Part shown: one piece after another, positions 29,956 through 41,415 of the stretch
How positions within the stretch are numbered: the first letter of the stretch is position 1
Layout of the letters: each line of letters starts with the position of its first letter
Origin: an uncultured Spirochaetota bacterium
GTDB taxonomy: Bacteria > Spirochaetota > Spirochaetia > SZUA-6 > Fen-1364
DNA: 64,000 bases
NCBI GenBank assembly: GCA_963845535.1
Contig: CAWJSK010000002.1
Location: forward strand, 1 to 64,000
Direction: 5' to 3'
Program-made: the position numbers and the translations under genes
Notes under the pieces: generated by a model
Databases searched by the model: none
What the model was told of the DNA's origin: nothing
The model's input: the letters and a program-made list of their open reading frames with translations, nothing else

Positions 29956-32900
29956 ACACGCTTCGCAACTACGAAGCAAAAGTCTTCAATAAAATAAATC
30001 CCCTCGTGAACTTCTCCGTCACCCGCTACGTGCTCGCCGTGGGCATCTTCGTGGCGGTGGCCATCTTCGGCATCGTTTCCATACGCGGCCTTGGAGTGGA
30101 CCTTCTTCCCAACATCGTCATCCCGGCGGTTGTCGTTCGGACCTCCTACCCCGGCGCCACCCCGAGCGTCATGGACCTCCAGGTGACGCAGGTCATCGAG
30201 AACGTCGTCTCCACGGTGAGCGGGATCACGGACATCAACTCCTTCAGTTCCCAGGGGATCAGCCGCGTCATCCTCACGTTTGATCCCAGCACGGACAAGT
30301 ACGCGGACGCCAACCAGGTTGCCACCGCCGTCTCCGCGGCGGTCCGCAGCCTGCCCGCCAATGTCACCGCCCCCACCATCCAGACCTTCGACCCGAACTC
30401 GGCGCCCGTCATCCAGTTCGGGCTGGCCGGCCAGGGCACTGACCTGGCGGACGTCAACGACTACGTGCAGAACGTGCTGGGCCCGAGCCTCGAGCGAATT
30501 GACGGCGTTGCCACCGTCCTCACCGACGGCGGTCCCTCCAAGCAGTTCGAGGTGCTCCTGAATCCGGACCGCCTGCGCTATTACAACCTCGCGCCGCAGG
30601 ATGTCGTGAGCGCCATCTCCAACTCGGCTCTCCAGATGCCCATCGGGACCATTGTCAAGAACAACAACTGCGCTGACCTTCTCCACGCAGAACCAGCCCA
30701 CCGACATTACGCAGATCGCCCAGACGCTCGTGGATTCCAACCGGGGGATCAGGGTGGACCAGGTGGGAAGCGTGTGGGGGAACCCGGCAGCCACCGACTA
30801 TGCCCGGGTGAACGGGAAGCCGGAAGTCCTGGTCTCCGTCCAGAAGACCACTGACGCCAACGCGGTTGCCGTGGCCGCTGCCGTGCGCAAGACGCTCGCG
30901 GCAACGACGCTTCCCTCGGGCTACGGGATCGAGATCAGTAATGATACGACGGGGCCCATCCAGGCCTCGGTGGACTCCACGTACCACGAGCTTTTCATCA
31001 CGGCCATCGTGGTCGCCATCATCGTCCTGCTCTTCCTCGGGAAGTTGAACACCGCGCTCTCGGTCATCTTCGCCATTCCCATTGCGCTGTCTGCCGCCCC
31101 AGTCCTGTACCGGCTTGCCGGCTTCTCCTTCAACCTCGTCTCCCTCCTGGCGCTCATCATCGCCATCGGGATCGTGGTGGATGACTCGATCGTCGTCTCG
31201 GAGAACGTGGAGCGATACCGGGCCATGGGCTTCAGCCTGCAGGACTCGGTCTTGCGCGGGGCAAGCGAAGTGTTCAGCGCCGTTGTTGCCGCATCCCTGT
31301 CTTTGCTCTCCGTGCTCCTGCCGGTGAGCTTCATCGGCGGCTTCATCGGAGGCTACCTCCAGCAGTTCTCTCTGGGCCTCGCAGCCGCGGTCGCCTTCTC
31401 CCTCCTGGAAGCCGTCCTTTTCCTCACGGTGCGGCTCGCCTACACCCCGGAATCGAAGAGCCTCACCTGGGGAGACTTCGTGCGAAGCTTCGTCCAGCTC
31501 CCGGATGCCATCCGGTGGGGCTTTCGGTCATGGCGGAAAGGCGTGTGGATCATCGTGGGGCTTGTCGCGGTGGTGGTAATCCTGCTGATCACGCACAACC
31601 CGCTGTACCTCCTTGCAATGGCGGCGTATCCGCTTGCCCTCGGGGTGGGATTTATACGTCATCAAGATCGCCCTCTCCCTTCTCCAGTCCCTGACGACCC
31701 TGTTCCACGGATGGACGGAAGCAGGGCTCGAATGGGTCCGCGACGCATACACGCGGTCTCTCGGAGGCGTGCTTCGCAACGGCCTCTGGGTGCTCGTGGG
31801 CGCGGGTGCCTTCCTGGTCATCGTGGCGTTCCTCATCGTCCCCCACATTCCCTTCAACTTCGTGCCCAATACGGACTCCGGAGTCATGAACATCTATCTC
31901 AGAAATCCCCCCAGCGCGCCACTGCAGGTCACCAATGACGACGTGGGGAGGATCGAAGGATTCCTTCGCCAGCAGCCGGAAGTCCAGCTTGTCCAGTCGG
32001 TCACCGGGAGCAGCCCCAACGGTGTCAGCGGCATCTTCTCCGGCACGAACACCGCGAACATCGTTGTCCAGCTCACCCCCGTCCAGACGCCGGACCAACG
32101 TCTTCCAGCTGATGCCCAAGTATCGCGCGGGCATCCTCTCCCTCTTCCGTGACCAGCCTTCGGCGCAGGTGTTCTTGAACTCGGGGGGAGGGTTCGGCCC
32201 CGCGGGGAACTCCCTGCAGCTCGCCGTGGTGTCCCCGGATTTCAACACGCTTCTTAACCGAAACGCCAAGATCCTGCAGGCCATCCAGAAGGACCCGTGG
32301 GTCGTGGATGTCTACTCCACGCTCTCCGACACGAACCTTGAGAACGATTTTGTCCCGGATCCCTCCCGCCTGAAGGGAACGGGGATCAGCCCGGCCATGA
32401 TCGGCAACGCGTTGCAGACGTACGCCTCGGGCGTCCAGGCCTCCACCGTGGTGACGGGAGGCCTCAGCTACCCCATCCAGGTGCAGGCGGACCCCACCAC
32501 TCTGTCCGGCGCGCAGTCCCTGCTCAACCTGCCCATCTATTCGCCGCTTCTGCGGACCACCGTCCAGGTGGGGCAGTTCGGGACTTTCTCCTTCAACCAG
32601 GCACCGGTGAACATCAGCAGGTACAACCGCGCCTACACGGGAAACCTGACGATCACCATGACCCCGGAGCGCCTCCGCCCCTCCTGACCATGAAGAACAG
32701 GATCACGTCAGACCTAACGAAGGCGGGGTTGCTCGAGGGCGGGATGGACCTCACGACGAACAACCGCTTCAACCCGTGGCCCTTGCCGCGCAGCTTCGTC
32801 ACCACGGGGCCGCTCACGTTCCTTCTCGCCCTGTTCCTCGCGTACCTCGTCATGGCTGCGCAGTTCAACTCGTGGCGCTATCCCATCTACCTGCTCCTGC

Positions 32901-33415
32901 CGGTGCCGCTGGCGCTGATCGGCGCCCTGCTCCTCGTCTTTCACAGGGGGGCGGGCTCGATATGTTCGGCATGATGGGAATGCTGATGCTGATCGGGTTG
33001 TCGGCGAAGAACGCAATTCTGTACCTCGACTTCGTGGTGGAGCGCATCGGGAAGATGCCTTTTTCAAGGATGCCCTGACGAGGCTGCCCGGTTGCGCTTC
33101 CGCCCCATCATCATGACCACCATGACGGTGCTCGTGATCAGCTTCCCGTCTCATTCTGGGAAGAGGCGAGGGGTCCGAGTTCGGGAGAACATGGGCGTGG
33201 TCATGCTGGGGGGAATCCTCTTTTCCGCCATCCTGACGTTCTTCGTTGTGCCCTCGGCTTTCTATCTCTTCGAGCGAAAGCGCGTGGCCCGCGTGGAGGA
33301 GCAGAACCGGGTGCCGCGCGAGATGGCCGCCCGGGGACCCGGGGCGCTTCGCGCTGGAGCCCGCGGTGGGCGGGGAGAGCTCCTGAGCCAGGTCCTCGCC
33401 AGTCCCGGAGGTTAA
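29952..33415 (+). CDS. RND efflux permease, several frameshifts
   Basis: Colinear with the 1571-4720 protein; [23 protein letters not shown]. Confidence 0.9.
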
Positions 33416-33417
33416 CC

Positions 33418-34311
33418 ATGAACGACTATCACATGCATTCCCATCTTCTGCCGTCACGCGGTCGGGGGGCTCGCTGAATATGCCGAGGGCCGCCTGCGCG
33501 CGAGGAATCCGCGAGATCTGCTTCACTCCGCATATACCACTGCCGGGGTTCCGTCCTGGTTTTTGCGGCGACCGGCTCCGCATGGACGAACGTGAGTTCG
33601 ACGGATACCTCGACGAGCTGGAAAGGACCCGCGCGGCTTTCCCCGATCTCATCATCCTGAGCGGGGTGGAGGCGGACTATATCGCATCCATGGGTACGTA
33701 CATCGAGAGGTTCCTTTCGAAGCATGCTTTCGATTTCGTCCTCATGTCGGTCCACTTCATCTCCGGGTGGAGAAATGACGAGTGGACGTTCGACTTCCAC
33801 AACAGCCGGACCATCCCATCCGCCTACCGGGACTATTTCCAGGAGATGCTCGCCGGCATCAGGACCGGCCTTTTCGACTGCGTTGCGCACCTCGATCTGA
33901 TCAAACAGCCGGGCGCGCCGGCGCTTTCCACCAACCGCGGTGACGTGGAGGGAGTGCTGGAGGCGTGTCGGGCGAGCGGGATGTCCGTGGAGATCAACAC
34001 ATCAGGGACACGCAAGGAGATCGAGGAAACCTATCCCTGCACATGAAATCATCAAGCTCATGATCGAGAGGGAAGTCCCAATCGTGACCGGCTCGGACGC
34101 GCATGCGCCCTCCCAGGTCGGAATGTACTTCGACCAGCTCCACGCCGAGCACGGGGAGCGGCTCGCCGAGCGCCTCGTGCGCTACAGGGGACGGAAGATG
34201 GAGCCCGTGCTTTCCTCGGCGGAAATGGCGTCCGACACCCCTGCCAGCGCTCGCGCTGACGCCCCTGCCGGCACTCGCGGCGGCAGCCGCTCCCGCGCGG
34301 GGCGCGGTTGA
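33418..34311 (+). CDS. HisJ-family PHP histidinol-phosphatase (frameshifted)
   Basis: DYHMH, GVEADY, SVHF, AHLDLIK, EINTSG, GSDAH. Confidence 0.85.
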
Positions 34312-34342
34312 TCCAGCCCTCCCTCCCCCATACACTTCCCGT

Positions 34343-36889
34343 GTGGACCTCTCTCAGATAGACCTTCCTCTGGTTCCCTTTTTGCCGCAAATATCGGCTC
34401 TCTTGGAAGAGCACCGTGTGCTCGCCCTGACGGCGGAACCCGGCGCCGGGAAGTCCACGCTTGTTCCGCCTTTCCTCCTGGGCGCCTCCTGGCTCGGGGG
34501 GCGCAAGGTCATCATGCTGGAACCGCGTCGTCTTGCGGCTACCGCAATCGCGAGCCGCATAGCGGACCTGCTCGGGGAACCCGTGGGCAGGCGCGCGGGC
34601 TACCGCGTGCGAACGTCCACGCGGGTGAGCCAGGAAACACGGATCGAGGTGGTCACCGAGGCCCTCCTGACGCGCATGATCCAGGAGGACCCCCTTCTTG
34701 AGGGGGCTGGGTGCGTGATCATCGACGAGTTCCACGAGCGCTCCATCCATGCGGACCTCGCGCTGGCTCTTGCCCTCGAGGTGAGGAGAGCGAGGCAGGA
34801 CCTCGCCGTCCTCGTGATGTCAGCCACCCTCGAGACGGAGAGGGTGAGCCGGCTGCTCGAGCCGGGCCAGGAGAATCCATCCGCAATACTGCGATGCCCC
34901 GGAAGATCGTTCCCCGTGAAGACGCTGTACCGGCCAGTTTCCGTCCTTCCTTCGGCCTCGGCGAGGGGATGGGAGGAGGGTTTTGCAAGCGGAGTCGCGG
35001 AGCTCTTCGACGACTCGCCGGGCGACATCCTGGCGTTCGTGCCCGGTGCGGCGGAAATACGGCGGGTGGCCGGCAGGCTGGGGGGACTCCTTGCCGGGCG
35101 CGCCGAAGTGCTCGGGCTGCATGGCCTTCTGCCGCTTGCCGAGCAGCGAAGAATCGCGGCGCGGGAAAGCGGGTCGGCAGGAGCGGGGCTTCGGCGCGTC
35201 ATCGTTTCAACGGCCATCGCCGAAACGAGCCTTACCGTACCAGGGGTACGCACGGTTGCGGACTCGGGCTGGTCGCGCCTTTCCCGTTTTCACCCGGCAA
35301 CGGGACTCGACAGGCTCGTCACCGAGCGCGTGAGCCAGTCATCCGCGGACCAGCGCCGAGGCAGGGCCGCGCGGTTGGGCCCCGGGGTTTGCGTGAGGTT
35401 CTGGAGCGAATCGGAGAAAATCCCCCCCAACGCGGATCCCGAGATTCTCAGGTCCGACCTCTCGGGCCTCGTGCTCGAATGCGCGCTATGGGGCGCGCGG
35501 GACCCTGCCGCGCTGGCATGGATGGATGCGCCGCCGGCTTCCGCATGGGCGCAAGCCTGGGAGACGCTGCGGATGCTTGGCCTGGTGACCGACCGAGGCC
35601 CTACCGCGCTCGGGCGGACGGTCGCGGGTCTTGGCCTCCCTCCGCGCCTGGGGGTCCTGGTCCTTCGCGGGGCTGAGAGCGGTTCCCTCCTGCTGACGGC
35701 CGCCTGCGCGGCGCTCCTGGAGGAAAGGGATTCCTCGGGGCTCACGGGGGACCCGGACGTTCGGCTTCGGCTGGAGCTCCTGCGCCAGGGCAGCCGTGCG
35801 CAGGGCAGCAGCGCGCAGGGCGGAAGCGACTCCTGGCGGCGAGCGGTCATGACTGAGATGGGGCGGATCCTTCGCCGAATGGGGCGACCACTGACCGAGA
35901 ATACCTGGAGAGCTGAGGAGGAGGCTCGCGTTGGAGACCTTCTGGCGTACGCGTTCCCTGACCGCCTGGCGCGGCGAGAGCCGGACGGCACGTACCGCCT
36001 TGTGACGGGCAGGGTGGCTCGCTTTCCGTCAGCGGGCCGCGGCGCGCAGGTCCATGTAGCAAGCCGCGCGGCAACTCCGTGGGTTGCCGCTATTGATGCT
36101 GATGCCGGCGAGACCTCGGGACTGATCCGCCTTGCCGCTCCCGTGAGCGCTGAGGCGGTTGATCGGGTCCTGGCCGCTGTTGCGGCAGAGCAGATGGAAA
36201 TCCGGTGGGAGGGGCTCGTGCCCAAAGGGGCCATGGTGAGGCGGGCGGGGCGGATCACGCTTTCGGAGCGTCCGGTGCGGCCTTCCGCCGAGCAGATAGC
36301 GGCCTCTTTTCGGGAGCGCCTTTCCCGGGACGGCTTGGGAAACCTGCCGTGGAACGAGACCTCGCAAGCGCTCCTGGCGCGGTTACGGTTCTTTGCGCGA
36401 GCGCGGTCAGAGGCGGGACTTGGCGATCTCAGCGATTCGGGCCTTGCCGAGCGCAGCGTGGAGTGGCTGGAGCCTTTCCTGAAGCTGGACGGCGGGCACG
36501 TCATAGGCGCGGAAAAGCTTCGCGCGGCGCTTCAAGGCATCCTCGGAAACCACGCCGCTCAATTTCGCGTCGAAGCGCCCGAGTCCATCACGCTGCCTAC
36601 CGGCGGAAAGCGGAGGATCGACTACAGCGGGGACGCCCCGGCCGTGGAGGCGCGCATCCAGGAGGTTTTCGGGCTTTCGGAAAGCCCGCTCATTTGCGGG
36701 GTCCGCCTGACGTTCCGTCTCCTGTCACCCGCGCACCGTCCGTTGCAGGTGACCCGAGACCTGGCAGGGTTCTGGCGCAGCACGTACGCCGACGTGCGCA
36801 AGGAAATGCGCGGCCGCTACCCCAAGCACTACTGGCCGGAGGACCCGTTGCGGGCGGAGCCGACCTCACGGGTCAGACCCCGCCGGTGA
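34343..36889 (+). CDS. hrpB: ATP-dependent helicase HrpB
   Basis: GAGKST, DEFHER, MSAT, QRRGRA, LLSPAHRPLQVTRDL..GRYPKHYWP. Confidence 0.95.
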   Translation: MDLSQIDLPLVPFLPQISALLEEHRVLALTAEPGAGKSTLVPPFLLGASWLGGRKVIMLEPRRLAATAIASRIADLLGEPVGRRAGYRVRTSTRVSQETRIEVVTEALLTRMIQEDPLLEGAGCVIIDEFHERSIHADLALALALEVRRARQDLAVLVMSATLETERVSRLLEPGQENPSAILRCPGRSFPVKTLYRPVSVLPSASARGWEEGFASGVAELFDDSPGDILAFVPGAAEIRRVAGRLGGLLAGRAEVLGLHGLLPLAEQRRIAARESGSAGAGLRRVIVSTAIAETSLTVPGVRTVADSGWSRLSRFHPATGLDRLVTERVSQSSADQRRGRAARLGPGVCVRFWSESEKIPPNADPEILRSDLSGLVLECALWGARDPAALAWMDAPPASAWAQAWETLRMLGLVTDRGPTALGRTVAGLGLPPRLGVLVLRGAESGSLLLTAACAALLEERDSSGLTGDPDVRLRLELLRQGSRAQGSSAQGGSDSWRRAVMTEMGRILRRMGRPLTENTWRAEEEARVGDLLAYAFPDRLARREPDGTYRLVTGRVARFPSAGRGAQVHVASRAATPWVAAIDADAGETSGLIRLAAPVSAEAVDRVLAAVAAEQMEIRWEGLVPKGAMVRRAGRITLSERPVRPSAEQIAASFRERLSRDGLGNLPWNETSQALLARLRFFARARSEAGLGDLSDSGLAERSVEWLEPFLKLDGGHVIGAEKLRAALQGILGNHAAQFRVEAPESITLPTGGKRRIDYSGDAPAVEARIQEVFGLSESPLICGVRLTFRLLSPAHRPLQVTRDLAGFWRSTYADVRKEMRGRYPKHYWPEDPLRAEPTSRVRPRR

Positions 36890-37002
36890 GGCTCCGCTGT
36901 CCAGGCAGCGGGGCTGAGGCACTGGGCGGGGCCACCTCGGCCTCGGGGCGGCCCGGGGGCAGGCACCGTTGGTTTGACTCCCTCCTGATATATAAGCATA
37001 TT

Positions 37003-37028
37003 GGTGTATAAGTTTTTTCATATACACC
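37003..37028. promoter_or_regulatory. Palindrome GGTGTATA-N10-TATACACC upstream of trxA
   Basis: Perfect 8 bp arms immediately after TTGACT-N17-CATATT. Confidence 0.5.
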
Positions 37029-37073
37029 GGGTACGCAGAGACTGGTACGCTGGGACTGAACAGGAGAACCGAT

Positions 37074-37430
37074 ATGACCGAGCACCTGACGAAAGACACA
37101 TTCGTCTCGAAGGTATTCGACTACGAGAAGAACGCGGAATGGAAGTTCCAGGGGACCGTCCCCACCATCATCGATTTCTGGGCGGAATGGTGCGGGCCCT
37201 GCAAGATGATCTCCCCGGTCCTCGAGGAGATTGCCAAGGAGTATGACGGCAAGCTGAACGTCTACAAAGTCAATGTCGACGAAGAGACGGACGTGGCTTC
37301 CGTGTTTGGGATCCAGAGCATCCCAAGCCTGCTTTTCATCCCTATGGATGACAAGCCCCGGCTCGCCGTTGGAGCGCTTCCCAAGGCGGGAATCCTCAAG
37401 CTGGTGAAGGACGTCCTGAAAATCGAGTAG
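37074..37430 (+). CDS. trxA: Thioredoxin
   Basis: DFWAEWCGPC, SIP. Confidence 0.95.
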   Translation: MTEHLTKDTFVSKVFDYEKNAEWKFQGTVPTIIDFWAEWCGPCKMISPVLEEIAKEYDGKLNVYKVNVDEETDVASVFGIQSIPSLLFIPMDDKPRLAVGALPKAGILKLVKDVLKIE

Positions 37431-37438
37431 GCCGCCTG

Positions 37439-38285
37439 CTACAGCGCTCGGGAAGCGAGCAGCCGGTCCCGCAAGCGGGTCCGGCAGCCGCGCAAGGAGT
37501 CGGGCGCCGAGCTTTCCGTCCCGCCCGACCGGGTAGCGCGTGCGCGGCCTGCGCGCCGTAAGCGCTTCCTCCACAACGCGGGCAACCTGCTCCGGTGGGA
37601 TTCCGCGCCTCGCGGCGCTCTCCGCTCCCGCCCTTGTTCGTGAGATGGCCTGGCCGTAAAGCTCCCGGGCCCGGTCCGGCATGCGGCCCATCAGGAGGTC
37701 TGCAGTTTTTGCGCCGGCCTCCCAGATGGGAGTTGCCACCGCGCCGGGCTCAATGCTCGCCACGCGGATGTGCCACGGCGCGAGCTCTTGCCTGAGGGTG
37801 TCAGTGAGCGCCTCAATTGCGAACTTGGAGGCGTGGTAGGCCCCCAGCATTGGCCCCGAGATTCTCCCGCCCACCGAGCTTATGTTGATGATTCTTCCTT
37901 TCGCCGTCCTGAGGAGCTCCACAAGGGCCTGGGTGAGGGCAAGCTGCCCAATGAGGTTGACCTCTATCTGCCGACGGAACTCGTCGATGGGGATGAACTC
38001 CAGCGGCGCGGGCACGGCAATGCCCGCGTTGTTGACAAGGCCATCCAGTCCTGCGGCGCCAACTATGTCCTTTACCATCCTTGCCGCCTCCAGAATCTGG
38101 TCCCGGTTCGTGATGTCCAGGATGACGGACTTGAGACGACCAGAGGCCGCGCTGCGCAGGCTCTCTGCGTCCTCCTTCTTGCGAACGCCCGCAATCACCG
38201 TGAATCCCTTGGCATCGAGATGCAGCGCCGTTGCGCGTCCTATCCCTTTGGATGCCCCACTGATGAGAACCGTCGCCACTGCCAA
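37439..38285 (-). CDS. SDR family oxidoreductase (frameshift near 37480)
   Basis: SGASKGIG, NNAG, YHASK; natural end RLRDRLLASRAL-stop lies in another frame. Confidence 0.9.
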
Positions 38286-38335
38286 TCACCTCTTGCAGCT
38301 AATATAACGAATCGATGCTCGTCGTCGCTGCTTTC

Positions 38336-39764
38336 TCAAGCCTTGCGAGGGAGAAATTGCACCAGGAGCGCGAGGACAACCCCGACGGCTATCAGGAACA
38401 TCAGGCTGACGCTGAACGCGTGCGCGTACACTCCCGGGGAGGTCCCAGCCCGGCCGAGAACACCGTAGAAAAAGATTCCAATCAGGGAAATGCCAAAGGC
38501 GTTTCCCACCTGGACGCCTGTGCTGAGAATCCCGGACGCGGTCCCGGCGTGCTCGGGACGCACGCGTGAAAGCACGGTTCCCGCCAGCGGGGCGATGGCC
38601 AGGCCCATCCCGGCTCCGTCGATGACCAGCGCGGGGATCAGCGCTGCAAGGGGCCCGCCCACGCCGACACGCGAAACGATGATGAGCAGAAGCGCCAGGC
38701 CGGCTGCCCTGAGAATGCCGCCGAGGGCAATCGTCTGTCTTCCCATCCTGGCTGCAATGATCCGTGCCGCGCTGGAGCTTGCCATGTAGCCGGCTCCGAT
38801 GGCGCCGAAGACCATGCCGGCGCCCAGGGCGTCCAGCCCGCGGCCTCCCTGCATATAGTAGGCCAGGACGAGGAAGTACGAGGCCTGCCCCATCCAGAAG
38901 ACGAGCTGCGCAATCAGGCCGACGCTGAACGCCTTCTCCCGAAACAGCCTCATGTCGATCAAGGGAAAGCCGCCGCGCGCGCCCAGGCGCCGTTGATGGA
39001 AAACCAGGACAACGAGCAGGATCACGGAAGCGCCAAGGCTCACGCGAGCCCAGAGCGGCCACTCCTGCTGGCGCCCTTCAATGAGCGGCAGGACAACGGC
39101 CAGCAGGGACAGGGTCACAAGGACCACCCCCATCACGTCCAGCCGTGGGCGTAAGGGTGACCGCGATTCCACGATGTGCCTGCGGCTCAGGAAAAGGGCA
39201 ACGGCGCCAATTGGAACGTTGACCAGGAAGCACAGGCGCCAGTCCAGCCCGAAAAGGTCCAGCTTGATGAGAAGGCCGCCAAGGAGCTGGCCAAAGACCG
39301 CAGCCACTCCCATGGTCATGCCATACGCGTTGATAGCGCGAGCGCGCGCATCGCCGGTGTAGACTGTTCCGATTATTGCCAGGACCTGGGGAGCCATGAA
39401 CCCCGCGGCAAGTCCCTGGAGAATACGGGCCACCAGCAGGAACGCGGCGCTTGGAGCCAGGCCGCAGGCGGCGGAGGCCAGCGTGAAGAACGCCATGGAA
39501 AGAATGAACATCCGGCGGCGGCCAATCATGTCGCCAAGCCGCCCCCCGGTAATCAGGACGGATCCGTATGCCAGCGCATAGCCGGCAATGATCAGCTGGA
39601 TGCCTGCCGACGTGGCTCCCAGGTCCCGCTGGATGGACGGCATTGCGGACATTGACGATGAAGAAATCCAGTGTGCTCATGAAAAGCCCGGCCAGGACCG
39701 CGGCAAGGGCGCCCCATGCGGGCGCAGAAGCGGGAGCGCCCTCCCGCAAGATCATTGTGCTCAT
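38336..39764 (-). CDS. MFS drug:H+ antiporter (DHA2-like), frameshift near 39650
   Basis: LDFFIVNV, GGRLGDMIGRRR, WRLCFLVNVPIG. Confidence 0.9.
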
Positions 39765-39817
39765 GACTGATCCTCCCCCATGACGGGAAGATCGCAGTCA
39801 GAGACCTGGGGCGTCGA

Positions 39818-40633
39818 TTACGCCGGAGGTAAAGAAGGGTCTGAGATCTGGCGGAGCGTATCTCTGCTAGCGTTATCCGCGGGGAAAAGGGTTTCGATCC
39901 GCAGCTCCTGAAGCGTCACGTCCTGCGGAGATCCGAAGGTCGTGATGAAAGTCCACAGGTCCAGGGAGAGCGGTCCTCGACGGAACCGTACCGGCGTCAG
40001 GGGTTTGGTGGGCACATACCCCTGCGCATGGATCCGGGAGCTGATGGGGAGGATCTCCTGAAGCAGCCTCTCATCTTCATCGGTGCGCTGGCGCAGGCCG
40101 CCGATCTCGCGCCGGACGCGCTCGAACACGTGCATTGCCACCCCAGTCCAGTTTTCGACGAAGAGACGCATGCCGTTTTCGGAGGCCATGAGCCGGGCGA
40201 TGTTCGGCAACGGGGGCAGTGCGGTTGCGCAGAAAGCGCGGAGGAGAGCCAGGGCGGAATTGTTTGCCATGATGACGTCCCAGCGTCTATTAAGGACCAT
40301 TGTCGGGTTGGGCTCGCTGGCGCGAAGGATCTGCCCCAGCGCAGCGCGAACATCCGCCAGCGCTTTGTCGTCAATCGGAGTCTCCTTGTACACGGCCGCG
40401 TACCCCGCTGCTTCCAGGAGGACGTTCTTGTCACGGAGAGACAACCCCAACGTCTCGGCCAGCCCTAGCACCATCTCCCGGCTGGGAGCGGACCTGCCCG
40501 TTTCCACGAAGCTGAGGTGTCGCGCTGAAATACCGGCCTCCAGGGCAAGATCGAGCTGGCTCATGCCCCGAGCGCTCCGGTGGGCGCGAAGGAGAGAGCC
40601 GATGGCGGCCAGACGAGCTTCCCTGACGCTCAC
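39818..40633 (-). CDS. XRE/MmyB-type transcriptional regulator
   Basis: SQLDLALEAGISARHLSFVETGRS; TTFGSPQDVTLQELRIE. Confidence 0.92.
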   Translation of the reverse strand: MSVREARLAAIGSLLRAHRSARGMSQLDLALEAGISARHLSFVETGRSAPSREMVLGLAETLGLSLRDKNVLLEAAGYAAVYKETPIDDKALADVRAALGQILRASEPNPTMVLNRRWDVIMANNSALALLRAFCATALPPLPNIARLMASENGMRLFVENWTGVAMHVFERVRREIGGLRQRTDEDERLLQEILPISSRIHAQGYVPTKPLTPVRFRRGPLSLDLWTFITTFGSPQDVTLQELRIETLFPADNASRDTLRQISDPSLPPA

Positions 40634-41274
40634 CTTTTTTCCCTGCGCATGACCATGGCGCCAGGTCCGACGGCAGCCGCAAAGCGATCCCCGGCCCTTC
40701 TGCCGCCAATAAGCGCGTTGAAGTGCATGGGGATGGCGAGCGTAGCGCCCAACCCTCGACACAGCGCCGCGGCTGCTCTCCAGTTCATGGTGAACATCCC
40801 GCCCACGGGCAGAAGCGCTATGTCGGGGCGAAGACCCTCCATCTCCGGAAGGGGGTCGGTGTCCCCCGCGTGGTACACCCGCACGCCGTCGACCTCGACG
40901 ACGTATCCCAGCCAGCTACCGGACTTGGGGTGAAACCGCTTTGCCACATTGTAGGAGGGCAGGCCGGTGATTTTTACGGCCCCGATCCTCTCCGTCTGTC
41001 CCGGCGCAAATCCTCTCTGGCCAGGCCCGGCGCAGGACATTGGGAGCACTACCACGGTTTCCGCCCCGCGCAAGCCTTCGATTGCCTGCCGATCATAGTG
41101 GTCCTGGTGGGGGTGCGTCACCAGGACGAGCGTGGCCGGACCGGCGGAGGAAGGCACCCGAAACGGGTCGATGAATATTCTGCTTCCCGCTGTGGTGATG
41201 CGAAAGGCGGACTGCCCGAACCAGCTCAGGTGTTCTTGCGTCCAGCGCTTCAGGTCCTCGACGGTTGCTGCCAT
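40630..41274 (-). CDS. MBL-fold metallo-hydrolase
   Basis: IDPF, THPHQDH, YHAGDT, IPMH. Confidence 0.92.
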   Translation of the reverse strand: MAATVEDLKRWTQEHLSWFGQSAFRITTAGSRIFIDPFRVPSSAGPATLVLVTHPHQDHYDRQAIEGLRGAETVVVLPMSCAGPGQRGFAPGQTERIGAVKITGLPSYNVAKRFHPKSGSWLGYVVEVDGVRVYHAGDTDPLPEMEGLRPDIALLPVGGMFTMNWRAAAALCRGLGATLAIPMHFNALIGGRRAGDRFAAAVGPGAMVMRREKR

Positions 41275-41415
41275 GATCTGTCCTCCCCGAGTGAGAAATG
41301 TGATGCCGCGACACTCAGCAGTCAATACATTGAGAGACACGTGCCGCCCGCGGCACGGTTGACTATTTATGCACTACATGCATAACTGGCGAACCAAAGA
41401 AGGAAGGGACACGAG

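Noticed and set aside
35785..35830. Short tandem duplication in hrpB (QGSRAQGSSAQGGS)
   Set aside because: In-frame low-complexity linker, too short to indicate a separate element.
36873..37438. Long C-terminal tail on the SDR protein
   Set aside because: Frameshift read-through antisense to trxA.
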